NCBI GenBank assembly: GCA_963663225.1
Contig: OY760142.1
Location: 2,976,001-3,040,000 of the forward strand
Source: Nitrospirota bacterium
Lineage (GTDB): Bacteria > Nitrospirota > UBA9217
Direction: 5' to 3'
DNA: 64,000 nt
Of the stretch, positions 44,193 through 54,185 are shown piece after piece (position 1 is the first letter of the stretch; each line of letters opens with the position of its first letter). The translations under genes and the position numbers were made by a program. The notes under the pieces were generated by a model that did not search any database, was not told the DNA's origin, and saw only the letters and a program-made list of their open reading frames with translations.

Positions 44193-46817
44193 TTAATTCT
44201 CGTGCCCTGTCTTTCTTTTTACAAAATCCACTTCCTCTTCCCGGTTTTTAATAAGCCCGTCCAATTTTGCATCCAGCAGTTCTGAAAGTAATTTTTTATA
44301 ATGAGGCCCGGGGGGAATTCCCATTGCTTTCAGACTGTCTCCGGTAAGTTCAATGCTGACACTGCGAAGGCGCGTAAGATACAGAGAAATATACTTCTTG
44401 GCCTGCTCCTGGGTCGCCTTGGCCATCATCAGAAGAATTGTTTCAGGGTCCAGAGGCAATAGAAGGTCGTAGACCCGGCTCGGAGGAATATCCGGATTTT
44501 TATAAAAAAGGTAGAGCACTTCACGATAGAGTTTTTTCGATCTTTTTGCTCTAGCCCGTATTTTTGCAGGAATGGAGAGCCGTTCGAGGACTTCTTCCGC
44601 CATCGGGTCCTTCATGGGGTCAAGAAAACCGAGAAAATATACGAACCACGCCTCAACCTTCACGTCGAGATAGAGAAGCTTGAACCAGGTAAGAGTGTCT
44701 TTGATATTCGCAAAAAGCTGCTCAGTCCCTGTAATTGTTTTCAGGTTCGCGTGAATGAACTTCAGGAGATCGAGGTCTTTCATGCGCTTTAACATTTTCG
44801 ACGGATCCGCTTCTGAAAGCATGAGGACCAGTTCCGTGTAGAACCGTTCACCGGTCAGCCGATTAAAGAGCTTCATATTCACTGCGGTTTTGATCAGGTT
44901 CAGTGTATGCTTGCTGATCCGAAAATCAAACCGCTGCTCGAAACGAATCGCGCGAAGCACGCGAGTCGGGTCCTCCACAAAGGAGAGATTGTGCAACACC
45001 CGGATCGTCCGTTCTTTAATGTCGCGCAGGCCGCCGAAGAAATCGATAAGTTCACCATAGTTTTTGCGGTTTAATCTTACTGCGAGCGTGTTGACCGTGA
45101 AATCACGCCGGTAGAGGTCTTTCTTGATCGATGAAAGCTCTACGGTTGGAAGGGCCGCGGGCGCTTCATAATATTCAAGCCGCGCTGTCGCAATGTCGAG
45201 CTTGAGTCCGTCCGGTAAAACGACAATTGCTGTGCCGAACTTCTGGTGGCTCTTCATGCGGCCCCCGATTTTTTTTACCAGCATTCCCGCGAACGTGATG
45301 CCGTCTCCTTCCACGACGATATCAATATCCAGATTCTGCACACGCAGGATCAAGTCCCGTACGATTCCTCCCACCAGATAGACGGGAAAACCGACCTCGT
45401 CAGCTACATCCGCAACCGACGCAAGAGCATTATTCACTGCAGGCGGCAGGCGTTCTTCAATAAGCGCTTTAATATGCCTGACAGACTTGAGGGCGGCGTC
45501 CTCCGCATCGGGAACATATTCCAGTCTCTGCTCATGAAGAGACCGCAGAAGATCGGTCCGTGTTATAGCGCCCACGAGAGTGCCGGTATGATCAAGCACC
45601 GGTATAAATCGCTGGTGTTCCTCGATCATGATTCGTTCAACCTGCCCCATCGGCATTTCAGGCGATGCAACCGGACCTCCGCTGGTCATGAATTCGCCGA
45701 CTTTTTTCTTTCCCAAACCATGAAACAACGCCTTTTGAACTACTTCCCGCGTTATAATTCCTTCAAATTTATCTCCGTTCAAAACCGGCAATACGTTCAC
45801 GCTGAAGCGAGTCATTTCTTCACCGGCTTCAATAATCGTACTGATGAAAGGAACGGTCTTGACCGGCGACGTCATGATTTCTTTTGCGAGTTTGCCCGGT
45901 TTGACATGGTGCTTGAGAACATCAATAAGCCGTTCTTTTGCCTGCAGATAGGTCATGTCTTTGACTACTGCTGATGCCGCCATGGCATGCCCTCCGCCGC
46001 CGAATTCTGCAAGGATTTTCCCTGCGTTCACCTGCGGCGTCCTGCAGCGGCCGATCAGATACGTCTTGTCCGTCATCTGAACCACGAGAAAGAGCACATC
46101 CAGGTTTTCGATATCCATCATTTTTTGCGCCAAGTTCGCCAAATCCGGGACAAAATACTGGGTATCTGCCGCCGCCAGTACGACGCGCACACCGCCGATA
46201 TCGTAACTCGTCGCGGAGGCGACCAGATTGTTCAGAATTGAAATCTGCTCCGGCGTGAGTTCACGAGAGACAAAATCCGAAACGATATTCAGCATGGCGC
46301 CTTGCGCAATGAGGGATGCCGCGGCACGGGCGTCGCGCTCCGTCGTTGACAAATAGGTAAGAGAACCCGTTTCTTCATAGATACCGAGAGCGAAGATCGT
46401 GGCTTCCAGCGGACTGATCGGAATATTTTTTTCCTGCAAGAGCTCAACCATGATGGTGGTAGTCGCGCCGACCTCGCGCACAACTTCAAAATCTCCCGTG
46501 ATGTCCCCTGCAGCAGCGGGATGATGGTCATAAATGTGCACCGAAACACCCGGCCGATCCAGAACATCGATGAGTTTTCCCAGTCTCGCAGGAGTGCGGT
46601 TATCGACGATAATAAGACGGGAGACGCTGTTTACGTCGACATTTCTGAGGCGTTCAATTTCCATTGCATAAAAGGCCGATTCGAGAAAGAAATCCCGCAT
46701 GCTTTTTTCTTGGGACCCGGGGAACACCAGTTTGGCGTCAGGATAAAGTTTCTTTGCCGCAACCATGGAGGCAAGGGCGTCAAAATCGGCATTTGTATGG
46801 CTGGTGATAATTTCCAT
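44193..46817 (-). CDS. tRNA nucleotidyltransferase with DHH and CBS domains (probable A-adding enzyme)
   Basis: HTNADFDA and YDHH (DHH), GGGGH (DHHA1), a CBS pair, then VGGIVRD...DIDIV, RRDFTVN, EDPTRVLRAIRF. Confidence 0.9.
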   Translation of the reverse strand: MEIITSHTNADFDALASMVAAKKLYPDAKLVFPGSQEKSMRDFFLESAFYAMEIERLRNVDVNSVSRLIIVDNRTPARLGKLIDVLDRPGVSVHIYDHHPAAAGDITGDFEVVREVGATTTIMVELLQEKNIPISPLEATIFALGIYEETGSLTYLSTTERDARAAASLIAQGAMLNIVSDFVSRELTPEQISILNNLVASATSYDIGGVRVVLAAADTQYFVPDLANLAQKMMDIENLDVLFLVVQMTDKTYLIGRCRTPQVNAGKILAEFGGGGHAMAASAVVKDMTYLQAKERLIDVLKHHVKPGKLAKEIMTSPVKTVPFISTIIEAGEEMTRFSVNVLPVLNGDKFEGIITREVVQKALFHGLGKKKVGEFMTSGGPVASPEMPMGQVERIMIEEHQRFIPVLDHTGTLVGAITRTDLLRSLHEQRLEYVPDAEDAALKSVRHIKALIEERLPPAVNNALASVADVADEVGFPVYLVGGIVRDLILRVQNLDIDIVVEGDGITFAGMLVKKIGGRMKSHQKFGTAIVVLPDGLKLDIATARLEYYEAPAALPTVELSSIKKDLYRRDFTVNTLAVRLNRKNYGELIDFFGGLRDIKERTIRVLHNLSFVEDPTRVLRAIRFEQRFDFRISKHTLNLIKTAVNMKLFNRLTGERFYTELVLMLSEADPSKMLKRMKDLDLLKFIHANLKTITGTEQLFANIKDTLTWFKLLYLDVKVEAWFVYFLGFLDPMKDPMAEEVLERLSIPAKIRARAKRSKKLYREVLYLFYKNPDIPPSRVYDLLLPLDPETILLMMAKATQEQAKKYISLYLTRLRSVSIELTGDSLKAMGIPPGPHYKKLLSELLDAKLDGLIKNREEEVDFVKRKTGHEN

Positions 46818-46862
46818 GATTTCTTTCGACCGCGCTTTTACGATCCGGCGCGAACAGCAGTG

Positions 46863-47744
46863 CTATCTCCGCGGGTGATATTTTTCATGTATCTGTTTTA
46901 ACCGCTCCCGTGAAACATGGGTGTATATCTGTGTTGTGGAAATATCAGCGTGTCCAAGCATGGCTTGCACTGCGCGCAAATCCGCCCCATTGTCAAGCAA
47001 ATGCGTCGCGAACGAATGACGAAGAGTATGGGGGGTAATGCGCTTCCCGATTCCTGCTTTGTCCGCATAGAATCGTATCCGTTCCCAAAACATCTGTCTG
47101 GTTATTCCCCGTCGCATGGAACTGATGAAGATATGTTCGGAAATTTTTCCCCGCAGCAGCGCCGGACGTCCCTGCGCCAAATACTGTTTGACCGCTGCAG
47201 CAGCGGTTTCCCCCAAAGGCACGCCCCGCTCCTTCGCCCCTTTGCCCAGAACAATGAGATATCCTCGTTCAAGGTTAATGTCCTTGATGGTGAGCCCTAC
47301 CAGTTCGCTTACCCGGAGGCCGGTGGCATACAAAAGTTCGAGCATTGCCTTATCTCGCAAGCCGATAGGAGTTGCCGAATCAGGCTGATCCAGAAGCACA
47401 TCCACGTCCGCGGAGGAAAGTGATTTCGGCAGACGGACCCAACCACGCGGTGCTTCTATATTCACGGTAGGATCCGTGTCCGCCAGTTTATCCAGCAGCA
47501 GAAACCTGTGAAAGCCCCTGACCGCCGAGAGGCAACGCGCTGCAGACGGCGTGGCAAGTCCTTCCGAGGACAAGTGAGCCAGAAAAGAACCTATATCGCG
47601 GGGCGTGATATCGTCCGGTTTTTTTGTTTTCATAAATACAAAGTATCTCTGCAAATCGCGTTTATATGAATCCACGCTGTTACGCGCAAGTCCCTTTTCA
47701 ACGGACAGGTATTCAAGATATTTTTTAAACAGAGTTTCTTCCAT
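46863..47744 (-). CDS. xerD: Site-specific tyrosine recombinase XerD
   Basis: LYATGLRVSEL, GKGAKER, HTLRHSFATHLL, LGHADISTTQIYTHV, HPR. Confidence 0.93.
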   Translation of the reverse strand: MEETLFKKYLEYLSVEKGLARNSVDSYKRDLQRYFVFMKTKKPDDITPRDIGSFLAHLSSEGLATPSAARCLSAVRGFHRFLLLDKLADTDPTVNIEAPRGWVRLPKSLSSADVDVLLDQPDSATPIGLRDKAMLELLYATGLRVSELVGLTIKDINLERGYLIVLGKGAKERGVPLGETAAAAVKQYLAQGRPALLRGKISEHIFISSMRRGITRQMFWERIRFYADKAGIGKRITPHTLRHSFATHLLDNGADLRAVQAMLGHADISTTQIYTHVSRERLKQIHEKYHPRR

Positions 47745-48083
47745 AACAGAGGCACGGCTGTCAATACCGCCTGAATTGCACAGTTGAATTTATTGTATGT
47801 TATTATTAAAAAAAAAGCAAGAAAATCAAGGAGAAAGAGGGGCCGAGGGTTTAATGAAAAAATCTTCAGAAATTATAAAACTTTATTACCAATACCAGTT
47901 CACATCATCACTGAAACAAAACTGTATTATAAAAATACATCCTGACCTGGTAAATAAGAGAAAATTTTGTATACTTATAAACAGATTACAAATACATTCA
48001 GAATTTAAGGGTGCGCTTCTGTTCAACAACAAGGTGATTGGTTTACCCGTGGACTCATAAATCGTTATTTAGAGGAGAACCTC

Positions 48084-48605
48084 ATGCGAAAAACCATCAC
48101 CATACAAATACTGATGATTGCCATTTGCATCCTGGCACTTGTGGAATGTGGAAAGACACCAAAAAATGTCGAAGAGTTGTCAAATAAAATCCGGGTAGTC
48201 AGCTATTTTTCCACGGGCGAATCAACAATTGCCAAAATAGAGCTCGATGGAGTTTTTGGCTATAACGAGGCCGTATATTTTTTCAGGGCGTCGCAGGAAA
48301 TGTCAAAGATATTAAAAAAAATGGCTGTGTATTTTCCGCACGACCAGGAGCAGGTGCTTTTTGTACTGAAGGCACAATTTGAAAATCAATCCGGAAAACC
48401 GGGGGAAAAAGTCGTGTTGGAAATCCCCTTCTCCATGTCCGAGGTTAAAAAAGTGAAGTTTTACCAGAGCAGCAGCTGGGATTTCCTGAACATATCCGAC
48501 CAGATTAAATATACTCACCCGGTTGGCCGGAACATCATTCGTTCTTTTTGCAATGAAGAAAAAAATGGAAAATACGCGCAACATTTTTGTCTGTCATCCC
48601 TGTAA
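48084..48605 (+). CDS. Hypothetical exported protein / probable lipoprotein
   Basis: AGAGGAG RBS; hydrophobic N-terminus ending ALVECG; no recognised family. Confidence 0.65.
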   Translation: MRKTITIQILMIAICILALVECGKTPKNVEELSNKIRVVSYFSTGESTIAKIELDGVFGYNEAVYFFRASQEMSKILKKMAVYFPHDQEQVLFVLKAQFENQSGKPGEKVVLEIPFSMSEVKKVKFYQSSSWDFLNISDQIKYTHPVGRNIIRSFCNEEKNGKYAQHFCLSSL

Positions 48606-48778
48606 AGCTGACCGCCGCCTGCACAAGAAACTCGGGACGATCGGATTGAACGATTACAAGAGATGATTGTTGCGCATGCCGTACTCGTTTTTCCCCTCAT
48701 GCTTCTCTCTTCGTATAATATACTCTTGCTATCTGTAATGCCCTGTTGTATCATCAGCGACATACGAAAGGGATTTTT

Positions 48779-50233
48779 TTGCCGCCGAAAAAGAAAATAC
48801 TGCTCGTCCATCCTCTGGGAGAAAACGCGACACCGGGCTCACAAAACATCACCCGTGTCGTAAACATCATGCCTCCTCTGGGTCTGCTGTCGCTTGCAGC
48901 CTGGCTGGATCAGTACGGACATCAGGCCCATATTCATGACTGCTATGCATTTCCCGGCCTGGATGAGAAAATCTTTTCCTACCTGAAAGAACAGCAGCCC
49001 GAGTTTGCCGGATTTTCCACAACCACGTCCAGTTTTCTGGACGGCATCCGCCTGGCAAAAAGAATCAAAGAAGTTCTCCCCGGGATAAAAATTATCTTCG
49101 GCGGCGTTCATATGTCCGCACTGCGCGAACGGCTGCTTCGCGATTTTCCCGTCATTGATTATGGAGTGGTCGGCGAAGGAGAAGAGACCCTTCGGGAACT
49201 CGTAGAAGCAAATTCCGAAAAGCTGGGCACAATTGAAGGACTCATTTATCGTAAAAACAGTGATGTCATCTTTACCGGATATCGTAAAAAGCTCCTCGTC
49301 ATGGACACCTTGCCGTTTCCGGCGTATGAAAAGCTGCACGGTTTTCCAAGCAACTATCTTCTGCCCATATTCAGCTATCCCAAGTCGCCGAATACGACGG
49401 TCATCACGAGTCGCGGCTGTCCCTATACCTGTTCGTATTGCGACCGTTCGGTATTTCGTCGCACCTACCGGTACAATTCGCCGGAATACATGGTGAAGTA
49501 TCTGTTGCATCTGCAGGAGCGTTTCAACATAAAACATGTCAATATTTATGATGATACCTTCACTTTAAATCGAGACCGCGTAATGAAGTTCTGCGAACTA
49601 AAAATCAAATCCGGGCTTAAAAAAATGACCTTCAATTGCGCCGCCCGAACAGAGCAGCTTGATTTCGAGATGCTCACCATAATGAAAAAGGCAGGTTGCT
49701 GGATGATCAGCCTCGGCATTGAGACCGGGGACCCTGAGCTGCTCAACAAACACCGTTCGTACCTGCCCTCCAGCAGGATGGAACATCCGCTCGAAAATAT
49801 CCGGGAGATGGTCTCGCTCATTAAAAATGCGGGCATCCGTGTCAAAGGATTGTTCATGCTGGGTCTGCCGGGAGAGACCGAAGAGAGCGTCAAAAAGAGC
49901 ATGGAATATGTCTTCAGTCTTCCTCTGGATGACTTCAATCTCTCGAAACTGACACCCTTTCCCGGCGCGCCTATGTATTGTGACATCCGAGAATACGGAA
50001 CTTTTGACGAGGACTGGGAGCAGATGAACGCCTTGAATTTTATGTTTGTGCCGAAGGGATTTACCAGAGAACGCATGGAAGTTCTGCACCGGGAGTTCTA
50101 TCGCCGATATTTCTGCAGACCGGAAACGCTGTTGAATTATATAAAGATGGCATGGACATCTCCGGACAGCTGGAAGCGTTTTTGGCTGAATTTGCCGACC
50201 TTCGTGCGTTTCGCGCAGGGGCGGGGGAAATAG
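48779..50233 (+). CDS. Cobalamin-binding radical SAM protein (BchE-like)
   Basis: PPLGLLSLAA, FGGVH, GEGEE, SRGCPYTCSYC, YDDTF, GIETG, PFPGA. Probable TTG start at 48779 after AAAGGGA. Confidence 0.88.
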   Translation: MPPKKKILLVHPLGENATPGSQNITRVVNIMPPLGLLSLAAWLDQYGHQAHIHDCYAFPGLDEKIFSYLKEQQPEFAGFSTTTSSFLDGIRLAKRIKEVLPGIKIIFGGVHMSALRERLLRDFPVIDYGVVGEGEETLRELVEANSEKLGTIEGLIYRKNSDVIFTGYRKKLLVMDTLPFPAYEKLHGFPSNYLLPIFSYPKSPNTTVITSRGCPYTCSYCDRSVFRRTYRYNSPEYMVKYLLHLQERFNIKHVNIYDDTFTLNRDRVMKFCELKIKSGLKKMTFNCAARTEQLDFEMLTIMKKAGCWMISLGIETGDPELLNKHRSYLPSSRMEHPLENIREMVSLIKNAGIRVKGLFMLGLPGETEESVKKSMEYVFSLPLDDFNLSKLTPFPGAPMYCDIREYGTFDEDWEQMNALNFMFVPKGFTRERMEVLHREFYRRYFCRPETLLNYIKMAWTSPDSWKRFWLNLPTFVRFAQGRGK

Positions 50234-50327
50234 CTTCATGCCGTTTAACAGCTCGGCACATCAAAATTTCGGTTCAATTCTGAAAGAAAACGCCCCCAGC
50301 CCTTCACGAGAAGCGCCGAGCAGAACC

Positions 50328-50507
50328 TTACCTTCCGCGAATTTCGGCTATTTTATCACTCGTCAATCCTAACCAGTCTAAAAAACTTTGGTGCCTTTCC
50401 GGGTTTTCCTTCTCGAACAGATTATGCCATTTCAGCATCGCCGCATCATCAAGGCCGATCGTTCGGAACCGATTAATCCATTCTTCTACCGTTACCCTAT
50501 TTTTCAT
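50328..50507 (-). CDS. 59-aa protein absent from the ORF track; resembles a stand-alone C-terminal domain of some MerR-family regulators
   Basis: Hand translation MKNRVTVEEWINRFRTIGLDDAAMLKWHNLFEKENPERHQSFLDWLGLTSDKIAEIRGR; AAGAGGG just upstream of the ATG; fills an otherwise empty 500-nt gap. Family assignment is from recall. Confidence 0.7.
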   Translation of the reverse strand: MKNRVTVEEWINRFRTIGLDDAAMLKWHNLFEKENPERHQSFLDWLGLTSDKIAEIRGR

Positions 50508-50735
50508 TTTCCCTCTTTTTCTTCTTCTCTTTTATTTTCGTCATGACCATGACAACAATACAACAACGTATGAAGGAGTAGATGAGTCAAGAGAAAATTG
50601 AAAATCACCAGAAAAAAATCTTGGCTTTTTTGCGTTCTGTATTACATTTTTTTTATTATTTGAAAGAAGAATTTAAGGGCATATACGTCGGTTAACAATT
50701 TTTAAAGTTGCTTGTTATTGTATGAAGGTATGAAA

Positions 50736-53700
50736 TCACTTCTGTTCCATGGCTTCATGCACCTTGACGGCAAGATCATGCTTTGAAAATGGTTTTTGAA
50801 GAAATATAACATCCGCATCCAATACTCCGTGGTGCGCAATGACATTGGCCGTATACCCGGAAGTAAACAGGCATCGTAAGTCCGGAATGATTTCGATCAG
50901 TTTCCTTGCCAAATCTCGTCCGTTCATCTCCGGCATGATTACATCTGTTATCAGCAACCGTATCTCGTCGGCGTGAGCTCTCGTGTGAAGGATCGCTTCT
51001 CCCGGAGTCTTGGCACTCAACACCCTGTATCCCAGCTCTTCCAGCATCAAACGATTTACATTCAGAATCAATGTCTCATCTTCCACCAACAAAACCATCT
51101 CTCCACTGCCTTTTGGTATATCTGTCATAGCTGCATCTATCGGCTCAGGGACGCCCTCAAGGACTCTAGGCAAATAAATCTTAAATATGGAACCCTTTCC
51201 GGGCTCACTATAAACGTTTATGAATCCTTTGTTTTGCCGGACAATACCATACACTGTTGCCAATCCAAGTCCGGAACCCTTTCCACTCTCCTTTGTGGTA
51301 AAAAACGGTTCAAAGATATGATCTATGATCTTCTTGTCTATTCCACGGCCGTCATCGCTCACGGCCAGCATGACATAACCTCCCGACAGGTAACCCGAAT
51401 GAAGGGAGCAATACGTTTCATCGAAGAGAACATTCCTGGTTTCTATGGTAATTTTTCCGACTCCGGTGATGGCATCCCGGGCATTCACACAAAGATTCGC
51501 TAGTATCTGGTCAATTTGGGAGGGATCTATTTTAACCAGCCAGAGCCCCTCGCTCGGACGCCACACAAAATCAATATCCTCACCTATCAATCGTTGCAAC
51601 ATTTTAAACATGCCGGCCACTGTGTCGTTTAAATCTAACGTCTTAGGCGCTACGGTTTGCTTGCGAGCGAACGCCAAAAGTTGTCGGGTGAGTTCAGCAG
51701 AACGACGGGCAGCCTGCTCAATTGCCGCGAGGTCATTATGTATCGGATCTGAAGGCGGACATCGCATCATCGCCATTTCCGCATGCCCCAGAATTGCGGT
51801 CAACATGTTATTGAAATCATGGGCCACACCACCTGCCAGCAGGCCCACCGATTCCATTTTCTGGGCCTGGCTAAGCTGCCGCTGCAACGCTCCCCGTTCC
51901 TCCTCCGCCTGTTTGTGCAGAGTGATGTCCTCCGATATCCCCAGGAGATATTTAGGATTGCCGTCCTTGTCCATGATAGGGATTTTTTTTGTATGAAGAA
52001 TTCGCCTGCCGGTCTTCGTGTCTACAGTTTCCTCGGGCATATCAAAGAGCCGTCCTGTTTCTAATACCTTCCTGTCCTGTCTCGTAAATAAATCTGCCTG
52101 CTCCTTCGGGAAAAAATCGTAGTCATTCCTGCCAATGAGGTCATCTCGGTTATATCCCAGCAACTCTTCTCCGGCTTTATTGAATCGAACAAAATTTAAA
52201 TTTACAGCATCTTTTAAGAAAATCATGTTCGGCAGGTTTTCAATGATCGACTCCAGAAACTCTTCGCTCTCTCTCAGTGTTTCCTCGGCCCGTTTACGTT
52301 CAGTGATATCTATTCCAACCCCCAATAAATACGAAGCTTCCTGAAAAACCAGTTTATTTCCCGTCAAGAGGAATGGAATAAGCCTGCCTTCTTTCGTCAG
52401 GAGTGGCGATTCAATGATATTTTCACCTTTTTCCATCACCAACTCTACAGCTTGCCGGACAAGATCTTTCCTTTCCGGTGGATGCCAGTCGAAAATATTC
52501 CGGTTATTAATTTCTCCGGGTTCAAAATGCAAAAGTGTCTCATGGTTTTTGTTCCACCGCACCAGACGAAGTTCTGGATACGTATAAAGATAGAATATGC
52601 CCGGCAGGCTGCGCAGCAATGTCTCAGTGAGAAGCCGTTCTTCACGCACTGCGTCCAAGGCTTGTTTGTTTTCGGTTATATCGCGTGATACACCAACCAT
52701 GGAAACATACCGGCCTTTTTGATCAAGGACCGGCGTTGCGTTCGCTGCGTGCCAGTGCCATGAACCGTCAGCATGCCGGACGCGATATTCGGGGCCGGGC
52801 AACGGTACTTTCGATTGAATTATTTTCTCTATGTACCCCCAACAAACAGCGATATCATCAGGATGGACCAATGGTTGAAACGACGTGCCTATAATGGAAT
52901 CAGGTGCATATCCCGTCACGCGTTCCCATGACGGTGAAGCATAGGTGAATATACCTTCCTCGCTTAAATTCCAGATGAGATCCGAAGAGTGATTGATGAC
53001 CAATCGCAACTCAGCCTCGTTTTTTCGCAACTCATTTTCGGCCCGTTTGCGATCTGTCATATCATAGAAAAAAGCGGTAATTTGGCCGCTTCCATAGACG
53101 TTGCATTGCGCGCTTACTTCCAGATCGTACTCGGTGCCGTCTTTCCGGCGATGTCTGGTCTCGAACCGGTCACGCCCTGCGGCCATCAATCTTTGAAGGT
53201 GTTCAGTCGTCTGCGTGGAGCTTTCTATAGCTTCAACGTCAGAAATATTCATGGAGAGCAGCTCCAACGAAGTGTAGCCGCTCATTTCGCAATATGCTTC
53301 GTTGACCTGGAGAAATCGTCCTGTGAGATCGAACAAACCGATCCCATCTCTCGCAGTTTGCACAATGCTCTTATACTGCTCTTCGCTCTCCTGGATTTTT
53401 TTTCTCGATTCAATTGTCTGCAGCTGTTTAAGCCCCATCGTGCTTATTACTTCAAGAAAGCTCTTCATAAACAACAGATAACGGTTTAACTGTTCATTTG
53501 TTAATATCGGTACTTTTCGGACAGCAGTTAAATATTCTGTTTCATCATAGCCGTACTTTCTGGCCTGTTCTCTGAAAAGATCCAGATCTGGATTCTCGAG
53601 AAAAAATTGTCCTGTAAAGAAGTTACCGTAGTGCACACCGTCAATAATGATCGGCATGGCACTATCCATCAGACCATGCCGGCAGCGGTAATTCACGGCA

Positions 53701-53933
53701 GGATTGGCATCGTTGATATGCTCCAATATATATTGATCGCTTTTGGTGCACTCTTTTCTACTTTCCTCGTTCCGTCTATGAAACTTCAGGCAAATGTCCT
53801 GCCAGGCCGTAGCAGTCAATATATTGCCTTCATTGTCGACAATCGCAGTTGTGAATGAATAAATTTCACTGAGGCGATCCAGCAGAGACTGGATGTGGCT
53901 AATATCTATTAAATCCTGAAGTTTGTATGTCAT
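50736..53933 (-). CDS. Cytoplasmic hybrid sensor histidine kinase: PocR sensor + 4 PAS + HisKA/HATPase + receiver
   Basis: PocR-type WQDICLKFHR...C...YRCRHGL...PII...GNFFTGQF; four PAS/PAC repeats ending DITERK-like; GGVAHDFNN, NLCVNARDA, FEPFFTTK, GSGLGL; LLVEDE...TDVIMP...KPF. Confidence 0.9.
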   Translation of the reverse strand: MTYKLQDLIDISHIQSLLDRLSEIYSFTTAIVDNEGNILTATAWQDICLKFHRRNEESRKECTKSDQYILEHINDANPAVNYRCRHGLMDSAMPIIIDGVHYGNFFTGQFFLENPDLDLFREQARKYGYDETEYLTAVRKVPILTNEQLNRYLLFMKSFLEVISTMGLKQLQTIESRKKIQESEEQYKSIVQTARDGIGLFDLTGRFLQVNEAYCEMSGYTSLELLSMNISDVEAIESSTQTTEHLQRLMAAGRDRFETRHRRKDGTEYDLEVSAQCNVYGSGQITAFFYDMTDRKRAENELRKNEAELRLVINHSSDLIWNLSEEGIFTYASPSWERVTGYAPDSIIGTSFQPLVHPDDIAVCWGYIEKIIQSKVPLPGPEYRVRHADGSWHWHAANATPVLDQKGRYVSMVGVSRDITENKQALDAVREERLLTETLLRSLPGIFYLYTYPELRLVRWNKNHETLLHFEPGEINNRNIFDWHPPERKDLVRQAVELVMEKGENIIESPLLTKEGRLIPFLLTGNKLVFQEASYLLGVGIDITERKRAEETLRESEEFLESIIENLPNMIFLKDAVNLNFVRFNKAGEELLGYNRDDLIGRNDYDFFPKEQADLFTRQDRKVLETGRLFDMPEETVDTKTGRRILHTKKIPIMDKDGNPKYLLGISEDITLHKQAEEERGALQRQLSQAQKMESVGLLAGGVAHDFNNMLTAILGHAEMAMMRCPPSDPIHNDLAAIEQAARRSAELTRQLLAFARKQTVAPKTLDLNDTVAGMFKMLQRLIGEDIDFVWRPSEGLWLVKIDPSQIDQILANLCVNARDAITGVGKITIETRNVLFDETYCSLHSGYLSGGYVMLAVSDDGRGIDKKIIDHIFEPFFTTKESGKGSGLGLATVYGIVRQNKGFINVYSEPGKGSIFKIYLPRVLEGVPEPIDAAMTDIPKGSGEMVLLVEDETLILNVNRLMLEELGYRVLSAKTPGEAILHTRAHADEIRLLITDVIMPEMNGRDLARKLIEIIPDLRCLFTSGYTANVIAHHGVLDADVIFLQKPFSKHDLAVKVHEAMEQK

Positions 53934-54135
53934 TATTCAGTCGCCTCCGCGTTTTCAGAACAGCAGTACCAATTTCATCCTGGCAAACCGGCAAAATATC
54001 CCATCGGTAAAATTATTATTTATCATTATTTTTCAATGATTTATGAGCACAAGCATGACCTAATTACCTTGCTGTATAAATAAAATTTATTAAATTAACA
54101 TTAATAACTATGATAGCAAAAAAACCGTTTTTTAT

Positions 54136-54163
54136 TTGCGGGAACCTTACGATCTGATATAGT
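54136..54163 (+). promoter_or_regulatory. Putative extended -10 promoter of the 138-aa hypothetical gene
   Basis: TTGCGG-16 nt-TATAGT with TG at the extended -10 position (TGaTATAGT). Confidence 0.4.
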
Positions 54164-54185
54164 AAAAGGAACAAAAAGGCGTGCA

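Noticed and set aside
46863-47800. xerD as a phage/island integrase, and TATGTTA near 47796 as a dif site
   Set aside because: The protein is a 293-aa housekeeping XerD without an arm-binding domain; the sequence lacks the 11-6-11 dif structure.
53980-54010. GGCAAACC as the start of a c-di-GMP-I riboswitch
   Set aside because: No following GNRA hairpin, GACGCAAAG segment or second stem, and it is on the opposite strand from the adjacent kinase.
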